From assembly GCA_038326655.1 (NCBI GenBank), contig JBBQKG010000002.1:31797-95796 (forward strand): a stretch of 64,000 nucleotides of DNA, in the 5' to 3' direction. Source of the DNA: Solirubrobacterales bacterium. Lineage in GTDB: Bacteria > Actinomycetota > Thermoleophilia > Solirubrobacterales > JBBDJG01. Shown here piece after piece: positions 8,836 through 17,840 of this stretch. How positions within the stretch are numbered: position 1 is the first letter of the stretch; each line of letters starts with the position of its first letter. The notes under the pieces were generated by a model, which worked only from the letters and a program-made list of their open reading frames with translations, searched no databases and had not been told where the DNA came from. The position numbers and the translations under genes are program-made.

Positions 8836-10806
8836 TCAGGCGGCCCCGGTCGCGGCCGGGGCCGAATCCCTGGCCGCGGCCTTGGATGCGATCAGCGGGT
8901 AGGCCGGCGTGGAGTCGATGATCACCCGGGAGGGCCGCTTCGCCAGCACGATCTCGAGCGTGCGGTTGAGCGTCTTGCCGGACGGCCGGCGCTGCGGCAT
9001 CGGCATCACGATCGCATCCGAGCGGGCCTCGATCGCCTCCCGCACGATCCGGTGGCCGGCCTCTCCGGGACGGACCTTCACGACCCGCCCGCGCACCCGC
9101 TGGCCGCGGCCGGCCCACTGCCTGGCGGTCTCGATCACGGCCGCCGCGGTCGCCTCCGCTTCGGGCAGCGGCGCATCCAGCTCGAGCGCCGGCGGAACCG
9201 TCACGGTCGAGATGACGCGCACGTCGCCACGCTTGTGAGCGGCAAGCTTCAGCGCGGTCGCCATCGCGTTCTCGGAGTAGGTGCCTTCCTCGAACGCAAC
9301 CAGCACCGCCGCATACCGGACCGGCTCGGCGCCGACCGGGGTGGGCAGCCTCACGACGGTCGTCTCGGTCAGCGAGAGGTGCTTGCGGCGCCGGTAGACC
9401 ACGTAGGTGATGAAGCCGAGCGCGAGCCAGATCGAGCCGACGATCAACGCGTCGGTGTAGAGCGCCATCACCGCGATCCAGGCCGCGAACGTGCCGAGTC
9501 CTCCGATCACGGCGAAGAGCGGTACGTCGAAGCCTGCGAAGCGCACGTTGAAGGGCGCCGTGTACCACTCGCCCTCGCCGCCTTCGACCTCCACGTCGCC
9601 GGGGATCTTGCGCATCTGGTTGTGGGCGCCCCGCCAGCGCAGCACGATCAGCGACGCGTGGGCGATCGTGAACGAGAGCATCGCGCCGAACGCGTAGAGC
9701 GTCCCCAGGAACTCCTCCTTCCCCGGGATGATCACGAGGCAGGCGATCAACCCGAAGATCAGGATTCCGTTCGCCGGCGTGCGGAACCGGGGACTGATCT
9801 GCCGCACCCGGTCGGGCAGCTGCTGGTGCTGGCCCATCGAGTAGGTGAGCCGGCTCACGCCGATGATCCCGGCGTTTGCGGCGATCAACAGGATCGTCGC
9901 GGCGAGCACCCCGACGTAGTACTGCGCCGTGGTCTGGAAGACGCCGAGGTCCATGTTCTTCACAATCCCGAGGATCGGGTCGCCCGCGTACGTGTCGGCG
10001 AGCTGGGTGTGGTAGCCGGAGGCGTCGTGCACGACCGGAAGGGCCGACAGGGCGACGCTCGGAAGCCCCGAGTAGATCACCATCACCGCGATCACGACGA
10101 GCGTCATCGCGCGCGGGATCAGCTTGCGCGGCTGGCGCACCTCCTCGGACATGTTCGAGACCGTCTCGATCCCCGTGTAGGAGATCATCGCGACCGTGAT
10201 CGACAGTGCGAAGTTGCTCCAGGTGGGCGCCACGCCGAGGCTCACGTTGTGGATCAGCGTGTCGAAGTTGAGGACGAGGAAGACGCCCAGCAGGAGCAAC
10301 AGCAGCTGGGTCGCGAAGTCGATCGCGGCGAGCACCAGGTTGAGGCGCGCCGACTCGCGCACGCCCACGATGTTCACCGTCGACAGGAGCGCGACGATCA
10401 CGATCCCGCCGATGATGTCGCCGGGGCTGTCGCGAAGCGGCGACCAGAAGACCGCGAGGTAGTGCGGCACGAAGAACGCGGAGATCGCGACCGTGATGAT
10501 GTAGTTGAGCATCTGGCCCCACGCCGCGAAGAAGCTGACCGCCTCGTTGAAGGCTCGCCGCGCGAAGCTGGAGGAGCCGCCCGCCTCCGGGAAGTTTGTC
10601 GCGGCCTCCGCGTAGGTCATCGCGGTCATCACGAAAAGGACGCCCGCGATCAGGTAGACGACCGGCGTGAGTCCGAGCGCGAACGCCGCGACCAGGCCCA
10701 GCGCGTAATAGATCGACGACCCGACGTTGCCGTAGGCGGCGGAGAACAGCGCCCCCACGCCGAGCACACGTTCGAGCCCCAGACCCCTCGGTCGGTACCT
10801 CGCCAT
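8836..10806 (-). CDS. APC-superfamily permease fused to a C-terminal USP domain (tandem paralog)
   Basis: 656 aa with the same architecture as the 6733-8769 gene and shared blocks (GSSIYYALG, AGGSSSFARRAFNE, TGIE...N..EEV). USP-like tail (VLVAFEEGTYSENAMATALKLAA ... AIVMPMPQRRPSGK...VLAKRPSRVII). Confidence 0.75.
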   Translation of the reverse strand: MARYRPRGLGLERVLGVGALFSAAYGNVGSSIYYALGLVAAFALGLTPVVYLIAGVLFVMTAMTYAEAATNFPEAGGSSSFARRAFNEAVSFFAAWGQMLNYIITVAISAFFVPHYLAVFWSPLRDSPGDIIGGIVIVALLSTVNIVGVRESARLNLVLAAIDFATQLLLLLLGVFLVLNFDTLIHNVSLGVAPTWSNFALSITVAMISYTGIETVSNMSEEVRQPRKLIPRAMTLVVIAVMVIYSGLPSVALSALPVVHDASGYHTQLADTYAGDPILGIVKNMDLGVFQTTAQYYVGVLAATILLIAANAGIIGVSRLTYSMGQHQQLPDRVRQISPRFRTPANGILIFGLIACLVIIPGKEEFLGTLYAFGAMLSFTIAHASLIVLRWRGAHNQMRKIPGDVEVEGGEGEWYTAPFNVRFAGFDVPLFAVIGGLGTFAAWIAVMALYTDALIVGSIWLALGFITYVVYRRRKHLSLTETTVVRLPTPVGAEPVRYAAVLVAFEEGTYSENAMATALKLAAHKRGDVRVISTVTVPPALELDAPLPEAEATAAAVIETARQWAGRGQRVRGRVVKVRPGEAGHRIVREAIEARSDAIVMPMPQRRPSGKTLNRTLEIVLAKRPSRVIIDSTPAYPLIASKAAARDSAPAATGAA

Positions 10807-10847
10807 GACGCAGGATCGTAGCCCGCGGCGGGGCGGTTACGAGGTGC

Positions 10848-11915
10848 CTAGAACCCGCGCTTGGCGAGCCAGCCGCCGAGCTTCCTGCGGAACGTGGCCG
10901 CGGGCTTCTCCAGCGGCAGCCCGTGCCCGGCGTTGTTGATCGTGATCGACCGCTTGTCCTTGGCCCGGAAACGCTCCGCCTGGGCGTCGCACCCGAACGG
11001 CGCGTACAGGACGTCGTTTGCGCCGCAGATCACGAGCGCCGGCACATTGATCTTGCGGGCGCCGGCGGCCTGCTGGTTGATCGCGTCGGTCAGCGAGAGG
11101 TTGTTTCCGCACGGGTCCGGCGGATGGAGCGGCGTGGCCTGGTCTCGCACCGCCTTGACCGCGCTGTGGAAGAAGGTCTGCTGGAACTCGGCGCCGGTCT
11201 GCCCGAAGTACCCATATCCGGGGCCCGGGTTGCCGCCCGCCTGGCAGGAGTTCCGCTGATTGCCGAAGGCGATGTTGGCTGCAGCCAGATTGGAGAACGA
11301 GAAGGCGACCACGACCAGCGCGTTCACGTCCTTGTACGAGTAGGCCTCGAGAATCGAGATCTCGCCGGCGGCGGAGTGGCCGGCGAGGGCCACGCGCTTG
11401 TACTTGACCGCCTTGCCGCTCGCGACCGTGTAAGACCCGTGCTTGAGCGCCTGAACGATCTGGTGGGCGACGTCGGCCTGTGACCCGATGCAGTTCTGGT
11501 TGCCGTCGGGACGGCCGCTGGCTCCGTATCCGAGGCGGTCAACCGTAACCGAGACGTGGCCGGCCTTCGCCTGCTGGAGCGCGTAGTTGTAGCTCGGGAT
11601 ACCGAAGTACCACAACCACTCGCCGACGCCGAGGCCGTGCAGGTAGAGCGTCGCGCTCTTCGGTCGCTTCTTCTTCTTCTTCTTTGCAGCCGAGGCAAGC
11701 GCCGAAACCGGTCCCGTGATGTGCCCCTTCACCTCATAGGTGCCGCCGTCACTCGGGCAGACGAACTGGGACGTGTCCGTGTTCTTGACCGTGAACGTGG
11801 CCGCGACCGAGGCAGTCTTGACCTTCTTCGCCTGCTTTGCGTCCGCCACGCCCGGCAATGCCACCGCCAGCAGCACGAGCGCGATCGGGGCCAGGGCACG
11901 CTTCACAGCGTGCAC
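10848..11915 (-). CDS. secreted alpha/beta-fold hydrolase
   Basis: This is the 3' part of the 740-aa track ORF. The rest of that ORF overlaps hppA out of frame and is rejected. GTG start at 11915 (or 11906) gives the signal peptide VHAVKRALAPIALVLLAVALPGVADA. Oxyanion-type HGLG and nucleophile elbow GHSAAG are present. Confidence 0.7.
   Translation of the reverse strand: MHAVKRALAPIALVLLAVALPGVADAKQAKKVKTASVAATFTVKNTDTSQFVCPSDGGTYEVKGHITGPVSALASAAKKKKKKRPKSATLYLHGLGVGEWLWYFGIPSYNYALQQAKAGHVSVTVDRLGYGASGRPDGNQNCIGSQADVAHQIVQALKHGSYTVASGKAVKYKRVALAGHSAAGEISILEAYSYKDVNALVVVAFSFSNLAAANIAFGNQRNSCQAGGNPGPGYGYFGQTGAEFQQTFFHSAVKAVRDQATPLHPPDPCGNNLSLTDAINQQAAGARKINVPALVICGANDVLYAPFGCDAQAERFRAKDKRSITINNAGHGLPLEKPAATFRRKLGGWLAKRGF
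11667..11685. repeat. (CTT)6 trinucleotide microsatellite encoding a K6 run in the hydrolase
   Basis: Read directly: cttcttcttcttcttcttt on the plus strand equals AAG x6 on the coding strand (AAKKKKKKRPKS). Confidence 0.9.
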
Positions 11916-11944
11916 TCTAGCCGGGCAGACTGGTCGCTGCAGCG

Positions 11945-14005
11945 CTAGGTGATGAACGGGACGATCAGGAGCGCGACGATGTTCGCGACCTTGATCATCG
12001 GGTTGATCGCCGGGCCGGCGGTGTCCTTGTAGGGATCGCCCACGGTGTCGCCGGTGACCGCGGCCGCATGGGCCTCGGATCCCTTGCCGCCGAAGGCGCC
12101 GTCCTCGATCAGCTTCTTCGCGTTGTCCCACGCGCCTCCGCCGGAGGTCATCGACACCGCGACGAAGAGGCCGGTCACGATCACTCCGATCAGGAGCCCG
12201 CCCAGCGCCTGGTAGGACAGCAGGCCCACGACCACCGGGATCACGATCGGGATCAGCGCCGGGACGATCATCTCGCGCTGCGCGCGGGCCGTCACGATCG
12301 CCACACAGGTCCCGTAGTCGGGCTTGTCGGTGCCCTCCATGATGCCCGGCTTCTCGCGGAACTGGCGGCGCACCTCCTCGACCACCTGGGCGCCCGCGCG
12401 GCCCACCGCCTCGATCGCCAGCGAGGCGAAGAGGTAGACCATCATGCCGCCGATCAAGAGGCCGATCAGGATCTCCGGGTTCTGAAGCTCGAAGGACTTG
12501 ATCACCTTGCCCGGACCGATCTCGTCGATCAACTCCTGGCGCCAGCTCACGAACAGCACGATCGCCGCGAGCGCTGCCGAGCTGATCGCGTAGCCCTTCG
12601 TGACCGCCTTTGTGGTGTTGCCGACCGCGTCGAGCGGATCGGTCACGGCGCGGACGTCCTCGGGCAGCTCCGCCATCTCCGCGATGCCGCCCGCGTTGTC
12701 GGTGATCGGCCCGAAGGCGTCGAGCGCCACGATCAAACCGGTCATCGAGAGCTGCGCCATCACCGCGACGCCGATCCCGTAGACGCCGGCGAGCTCGTTC
12801 GCGCCGAGGATCCCGAGCGCGATCAGGAGCGCCGGCGCGGCCGTCGCCTGCATGCCCTGGGCCAGCCCCTGGATGATGTTCGTGGCGTGGCCGGTGACGG
12901 AGGCCTGCGAGATCGTCTTCACCGGGCGGAAGCGGGTGGACGTGTAGAAGTCGGTGATCACGAAGATCAGCGCGGTCACGCCGAGCCCGATCAGCGTGCA
13001 CAGCCACAGCTTCGTGGCGGTGGGCGCCTCCACGTTCACGTTCTTCGTGGTGAGGTTGTTCATCATCCAATGAGTCACGGGCAGGAACGCCGCCGCGGCG
13101 ATCACGGCGCTCAGGACCACGCCCTGGTACAGAGCACGCTCGACGTTCCCCGATCGCGACCGCACGGCGAATGCGCCGATCAGCGAGGCGATGATCGACA
13201 CGCCGCCGAGCACGAGCGGGTAGATCGCGATGTCGCGCTGCTCGTTGAACGTCAGCGAGCCGAGCAGCATCACCGCGACCGCCGTGACGGCGTAGGTCTC
13301 GAAGAGGTCGGCGGCCATGCCGGCGCAGTCGCCGACGTTGTCGCCGACGTTGTCGGCGATCACCGCCGGGTTGCGTGGATCGTCCTCGGGGATGCCGGCC
13401 TCGATCTTGCCCACGAGGTCCGCCCCGACGTCGGCGGCCTTCGTGAAGATGCCGCCCCCGAGTCGCGCGAAGACCGAGATGAGGCTGCCTCCGAAGCCGA
13501 GCCCGATCAGCGCGTCGATCGCGTCCTTGTCGGTCTTGTCGGCCAGGATCAGGACCCCGTAGTAGCCGGCCACGCCGATCAGCGCGAGGCCGACGACCAG
13601 CATGCCCGTCACGGAACCGCCCTTGAAGGCCACGTTCAGCGCCCTCGGGACGCCGCCGCGCGCCGCCTCCGCCACGCGCGTGTTCGCGCGCACGGAGACG
13701 TTCATGCCGATGTAGCCCGCGAGTGCCGAGAAGGTGCCGCCGATCACGAAGCCGATCGCCGTCTGGATGTCGAGCGCGATCGCGAGCACGACCGCCAGCA
13801 CGACGGCGACGATCCCGATGATCGTGTACTGCGTGTTGAGGTAGGCCGCCGCACCCTCCTGAATCGCTGCGGAGATCTCCTGCATCCGCTCGTTGCCGGG
13901 GGATTGGCGGAGCAGCCAGCGTGTCGTCAGGGCGCCGTAGACCACGGCCGCGCCGGCACAGGCGAGCGCAACCACGACGCCGTAGTCGTGCAAGAAGTCA
14001 GTCAA
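11945..14005 (-). CDS. hppA: membrane-bound proton-translocating pyrophosphatase
   Basis: 686 aa polytopic protein with hallmark motifs [18 protein letters not shown] and [25 protein letters not shown] start preceded by GGAGGA 9 nt upstream. Confidence 0.95.
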   Translation of the reverse strand: MTDFLHDYGVVVALACAGAAVVYGALTTRWLLRQSPGNERMQEISAAIQEGAAAYLNTQYTIIGIVAVVLAVVLAIALDIQTAIGFVIGGTFSALAGYIGMNVSVRANTRVAEAARGGVPRALNVAFKGGSVTGMLVVGLALIGVAGYYGVLILADKTDKDAIDALIGLGFGGSLISVFARLGGGIFTKAADVGADLVGKIEAGIPEDDPRNPAVIADNVGDNVGDCAGMAADLFETYAVTAVAVMLLGSLTFNEQRDIAIYPLVLGGVSIIASLIGAFAVRSRSGNVERALYQGVVLSAVIAAAAFLPVTHWMMNNLTTKNVNVEAPTATKLWLCTLIGLGVTALIFVITDFYTSTRFRPVKTISQASVTGHATNIIQGLAQGMQATAAPALLIALGILGANELAGVYGIGVAVMAQLSMTGLIVALDAFGPITDNAGGIAEMAELPEDVRAVTDPLDAVGNTTKAVTKGYAISSAALAAIVLFVSWRQELIDEIGPGKVIKSFELQNPEILIGLLIGGMMVYLFASLAIEAVGRAGAQVVEEVRRQFREKPGIMEGTDKPDYGTCVAIVTARAQREMIVPALIPIVIPVVVGLLSYQALGGLLIGVIVTGLFVAVSMTSGGGAWDNAKKLIEDGAFGGKGSEAHAAAVTGDTVGDPYKDTAGPAINPMIKVANIVALLIVPFIT

Positions 14006-14144
14006 TTGGAAACAATCCTCCGTTTAGTTCGGTCGTGCCAGGCCGCACGGAACCGCATGCCGCGTGGGCAGGTTCCCGGAGCCAGGGCGCGCGCAGTGTA
14101 TCGGTCCGCTCCCCCGTAAGACCGCCCGCGAAGGGCGCTGGGTG

Positions 14145-14576
14145 CTAGGTGTCGCTGCCCGGCGGGACCCAGAGGCCGCCGGGGTCGCCGGTCCGCGGAC
14201 CGGGGCCGGAGGCGGGAGGCGCCTGCTGGCCGCCCGGCGTTCCCTCGCCGGGCGGCGGCGCGCCGCCGCCGCCGACCTCGCGCGCATAGACCATCTGGAG
14301 CTGGGAAAGGGCTTCCCTGATCGGTGCAACCTGCTGAGGCTCCTCCTCCTCGAGCAGCGGCAGCAGCGCCCGCACGGCCTCGATCGCCACGCGGACCTGA
14401 TCGAGGTCGCGCATTTCGCGCGTCTCCTCCGACAGGCCGAGCCGCTGGCCGGCGAGGTTCACGAGGCTCACCACGGTCTGCAACAGGACGTCCCTGACGG
14501 TGATCCGCATCAGCTCCTCCTCGAGCTGGGCGCGCAGCTCCTCCTCGCTCGGCTGATGTGGCTCTTCGTGACTCAC
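14145..14576 (-). CDS. DUF1844 domain protein
   Basis: 143 aa from the GTG at 14576 (GTGA overlap with the ybdK stop). Core VRDVLLQTVVSLVNLAGQRLGL...DLDQVRVAIEAVRALLPLLE is typical of DUF1844, followed by a Gly/Pro-rich tail. The upstream extension of the 309-aa track ORF is antisense shadow. Confidence 0.65.
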   Translation of the reverse strand: MSHEEPHQPSEEELRAQLEEELMRITVRDVLLQTVVSLVNLAGQRLGLSEETREMRDLDQVRVAIEAVRALLPLLEEEEPQQVAPIREALSQLQMVYAREVGGGGAPPPGEGTPGGQQAPPASGPGPRTGDPGGLWVPPGSDT

Positions 14577-15769
14577 GCGACCCCGTCCCCTCCGCATGCT
14601 CCGACACCCGCGGGCGTCTCGGCATAGCTCGCACAGGTTTCGGCAACCGACTCGGCGTAGATCTGGCGCGGCTCCTCGCCGGCCTCGTGCCGCCGCGATT
14701 GACGCTGGGCGCCGTTTCCGGAATCGAGCATGCGCTCGACCCCCTCGAGGTGCGGGTCGAGCCGGAGCTGCGCGCGGGCCGGCTCGGTCCAGTCGAGCAG
14801 CCGCTCGACTGCTGCCCGGGCGGGGATCTCCTCGATCCTGTCGAAGTCGATCAACTGCCCGTCGAGGCCGTAGCGGGTCGCGCGCCAGAAGTTCTCCTCG
14901 ATGAGCCTTGCCGGGATCGGCTCGACCCGGTGGCCGGCGTCGAAGTCGAGCGCGGCCTGCGCGATGCACGCGGCGGCCAGCGCCAGCATGCCGGTCGACT
15001 CGTCCGCGCGCGCCTGGCAGTCCATGATGCGCAGCTCGACCGTGCCGAACGACAGGTGCGGCCTCACGCTCCACCAGATCTGGGTGTGCTCGATGATCGA
15101 GCGCACCCGGAACAGGAAGTCGACGTAGTCGAGATAGGCGTCCCAGCTGCCAAAGTGGTCGGGGACGCCGCAGCGCGGGAACATGCGCGTGAAGATCTCG
15201 GTCCGCGCCGAGTGCAGCCCGCTGAAGACGCCCTCGACGAACGCGGAGTTCGCGGAGGCCGCCAGCAGCGTCGGCAGCACCGGCCGCAGCGCGTCACAGG
15301 TCGCGACGGCGCGCTCGGGGCCCCGGATGCCCACATGCACATGTGCGCTGAAGGTGTTGTTGCGCCAGGCCACGTACTTCAGGTTCTCCTCGACGAGCCG
15401 GTAGTGCGGGGTGTCGATGATCCGCTGGTCCTGCCAGCGGCTCCAGGGATGCACGCCGGTGGCGCCGAGCGCCGCTCCCTGGTCCGCCGCGACGACGAAC
15501 AGGCGGCGCCGGCGCTCTCGCTGGCGGTCGACCGCGTCGGCGAAGTCCTCGCCCCGGCCGGAGCGGATCTCGATCTCCGACGAGATCAGCTCTCCGGCGA
15601 TCGACCCGGCCAGCACGTCGTCGGCCAGCGCCGCCTCGTTCAGGTCCTCGAAGCGGTTTGCGAGCGAGAGCGTCTCGGGGTCGAGGATCCCGAACTCCTC
15701 CTCCAGGCCGACCGTGAAGTCGGTCGAGGCCTCAAATATCTCGCGTGCGTCGGAGCGGTCGAAACCCAA
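14573..15769 (-). CDS. ybdK: carboxylate-amine ligase, YbdK / glutamate-cysteine ligase family 2
   Basis: 398 aa. GCS2 pattern FTVGLEEEF...ELISSEIEIRS...HPW...NNTFSAHVHVG. Confidence 0.85.
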   Translation of the reverse strand: MGFDRSDAREIFEASTDFTVGLEEEFGILDPETLSLANRFEDLNEAALADDVLAGSIAGELISSEIEIRSGRGEDFADAVDRQRERRRRLFVVAADQGAALGATGVHPWSRWQDQRIIDTPHYRLVEENLKYVAWRNNTFSAHVHVGIRGPERAVATCDALRPVLPTLLAASANSAFVEGVFSGLHSARTEIFTRMFPRCGVPDHFGSWDAYLDYVDFLFRVRSIIEHTQIWWSVRPHLSFGTVELRIMDCQARADESTGMLALAAACIAQAALDFDAGHRVEPIPARLIEENFWRATRYGLDGQLIDFDRIEEIPARAAVERLLDWTEPARAQLRLDPHLEGVERMLDSGNGAQRQSRRHEAGEEPRQIYAESVAETCASYAETPAGVGACGGDGVA

Positions 15770-15792
15770 GGTCCGAGGAACCCTAAGCTAAC

Positions 15793-15818
15793 CCGATTTT
15801 CTGCTCGCAGAAAATCGG
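15793..15818. promoter_or_regulatory. perfect 11-bp inverted repeat (ccgattttctg-ctcg-cagaaaatcgg): rex terminator or ybdK operator
   Basis: Read directly. Lies 9 nt downstream of the rex stop and 24 nt upstream of the ybdK start, in an AT-rich patch. Confidence 0.4.
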
Positions 15819-15826
15819 AAAGTTGT

Positions 15827-16504
15827 TCATGTCAGGTAGAAATAAAGCGCATACAACAGGTCCACGGCCGGGCTTGATGTGTGCACCGTCACGTCCGGTG
15901 GCACCTGGAGCAAGGCGTCGGAGTAGTTGAAGATGATCCGCACGCCAGCCTCGACCAGCCCGTCGGTGAGGCGCTGGGCGGCGGCGGCGGGAACCGCCAG
16001 CACGCCCACGACGATGTCCTCCTCGTCGACGACGTCGCTCATCGTGTCGTAGGCCCGTACCTCGAGGCTCCCGACGCGCTTGCCGATGCGCTTCGGGTCC
16101 ACGTCGAAGATCGCCACCACCCGGAACCCGTGGTCGGCGAAGATGTCGGAGCTGGCGATCGCCTGGCCGAGGTTGCCGGCGCCGAACAGGGCGATGTTGT
16201 GCTGGCCCGACGTCCGGAGGATCTTCCGGATCTGCGAGACGAGCGAGTCGACGTTGTAGCCGACGCCACGCTTGCCGAACTTGCCGAACCCAGAGAGGTC
16301 ACGCCGGATCTGGGTCGAGTTGATGTGCGTGTAATCCGAGAGCTCCTGCGAGGAGATCGTGTCCTTGCCCATCTTCCGGGCTTGCGTGAGCACCTGGAGG
16401 TAGCGGGAAAGGCGCGCGGCAACCCCGAGCGACAGCCGGTCGCCCAGCGGCTTGGCCTCGAGCTCGCCGTCGGCGGGCGCGAAGATCTCGTCACGAAGGC
16501 TCAC
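15827..16504 (-). CDS. rex: redox-sensing transcriptional repressor Rex
   Basis: 225 aa. Winged-helix region RLSRYLQVL...ISSQELSDYTHINSTQIRRDLSGFGKFGKRGVGY plus Rossmann motif ALFGAGNLGQA. Confidence 0.9.
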   Translation of the reverse strand: MSLRDEIFAPADGELEAKPLGDRLSLGVAARLSRYLQVLTQARKMGKDTISSQELSDYTHINSTQIRRDLSGFGKFGKRGVGYNVDSLVSQIRKILRTSGQHNIALFGAGNLGQAIASSDIFADHGFRVVAIFDVDPKRIGKRVGSLEVRAYDTMSDVVDEEDIVVGVLAVPAAAAQRLTDGLVEAGVRIIFNYSDALLQVPPDVTVHTSSPAVDLLYALYFYLT

Positions 16505-16764
16505 GAGAGGCTCACCCGGGCGGGCTCCCCGGCCGCGAGCCGCTGCTCGAGCGCCTGCTCGTCGACCACGAAGTCGAACAGCTCCTCGCCGTCGAGCGCG
16601 ACCACCGGCACGCGCTCACGGTACCGGCGCTCGAGACCCGGTTCGGTCGCGATGTCGACCTCCTCGAGCTCGAAGGAGCTACGGGCGCGAACACGCTCGA
16701 GCGCCGCGCGCGCCTCGTCGCAAAGTGGACAGTCGTCCTTGCTGTAGAGAGTGACCTTGGCCAT
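16501..16764 (-). CDS. glutaredoxin-like thioredoxin-fold protein (CPLC motif)
   Basis: 87 aa. MAKVTLYSKDDCPLCDEA... is typical of the glutaredoxin-2/DUF836 family. 4-nt overlap with the rex start. Confidence 0.75.
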   Translation of the reverse strand: MAKVTLYSKDDCPLCDEARAALERVRARSSFELEEVDIATEPGLERRYRERVPVVALDGEELFDFVVDEQALEQRLAAGEPARVSLS

Positions 16765-16823
16765 CTGGTCCAGTGTGTGCGCCGCTGAGCGCGCCCCCGA
16801 TTGAGACTACAGCCTCGCGATCG

Positions 16824-17840
16824 TCAGGCCGCAGCCCGGGCGAACGCGTCGAAGCCGAGGAACTCAGGATAGGGAACCGGGTCGAGGAACCGGGCCGCGG
16901 AGGCGATCATCGCGGCGTTGTCCGTGCAGAGGTCCGGGGGCGGGATCTTCAGCTCCAGGCGCCGAACTTCGCAGAGCGCCTCGACCCGGGCCCGCAGCTC
17001 GGAGTTGGCCGCGACGCCGCCCCCGATTGCCAGCCGGCGGGCGTCCGTCCGGTCGATCGCCTGCTCGAGCTTCAGCAGGAGCGACTCCACGACCGCCCGC
17101 TGGAAGGACGCCGCGAGGTCGGGCCGGCGCCTCAGCGTCTCCTCGGGGCCGAGGTCGCGGACCACGTACACGAGCGCGGTCTTGAGCCCGCTGAAGCTGA
17201 AGTCGAGCGACTTCGCGCTCCTCATGCCGACCGGGAAGCGAAATGCCGCTGGATCGCCCTCGCGCGCGAGCCGGTCGATCTCGGCGCCGCCCGGATAGCC
17301 GAGGCCCATCAGCCGCGCCGCCTTGTCGAGCGCCTCCCCGGCCGCGTCGTCGCGGGTCGCGCCCAGCAGCCGGTAGCCCGCGTGGTCGTCGACCGCCGCA
17401 AGCAGGGTGTGCCCACCGCTGGCGAGGAGGCACAGGAAGGGCGGATCGAAGGGATCCGGCGCGAGGAAGTTGGCCGCCACGTGCCCGTGGAGGTGCTCGA
17501 CCGGGACGAACGGCAGATGCTTCGCGGCGGCAAGCCCCTTCGCCGTCGACAGGCCGATCAGCAGCGCGCCGATCAGCCCCGGGCCGCTGGTGACGGCGAT
17601 CGCGCCCATCTCGCGGAGCGCTTGCCCGGACTCGGCCAGCGCGTCCTCGACCACCGTGTTCACCAGTTCCAGGTGATGGCGGCTGGCGACTTCCGGCACG
17701 ACGCCGCCGTAGCGCTCGTGGAACCGCGCCTGGGACGAGATCACGTTGCTCAGGATCTCTCCCTCCGCGCTGACGACCGCGGCGCACGTGTCGTCGCAGG
17801 AGGTCTCGATCGCGAGAATCAGGCCTCTCGGGTCCTCCAC
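16824..17840 (-). CDS. tsaD: tRNA N6-adenosine threonylcarbamoyltransferase TsaD
   Basis: 338 aa from the GTG at 17840 (VEDPRGLILAIETSCDDT...). Contains the HLHGH metal site and the GGGVAAN motif. The longer 451-aa track ORF runs through rimI and is rejected. Confidence 0.9.
   Translation of the reverse strand: MEDPRGLILAIETSCDDTCAAVVSAEGEILSNVISSQARFHERYGGVVPEVASRHHLELVNTVVEDALAESGQALREMGAIAVTSGPGLIGALLIGLSTAKGLAAAKHLPFVPVEHLHGHVAANFLAPDPFDPPFLCLLASGGHTLLAAVDDHAGYRLLGATRDDAAGEALDKAARLMGLGYPGGAEIDRLAREGDPAAFRFPVGMRSAKSLDFSFSGLKTALVYVVRDLGPEETLRRRPDLAASFQRAVVESLLLKLEQAIDRTDARRLAIGGGVAANSELRARVEALCEVRRLELKIPPPDLCTDNAAMIASAARFLDPVPYPEFLGFDAFARAAA

Noticed and set aside
11916-13070. Upstream two-thirds of the 740-aa minus-strand ORF 10848-13070
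   Set aside because: It overlaps hppA in a different frame and translates to Arg/Gly/Asp-rich low-complexity sequence. The recognisable hydrolase begins with a signal peptide at the GTG at 11915.
15793-15818. The inverted repeat as a Rex operator
   Set aside because: The half-sites (TTTTCTG / CAGAAAA) do not resemble the TGTGAA/TTCACA Rex box. It is kept only as an unassigned hairpin or operator candidate.
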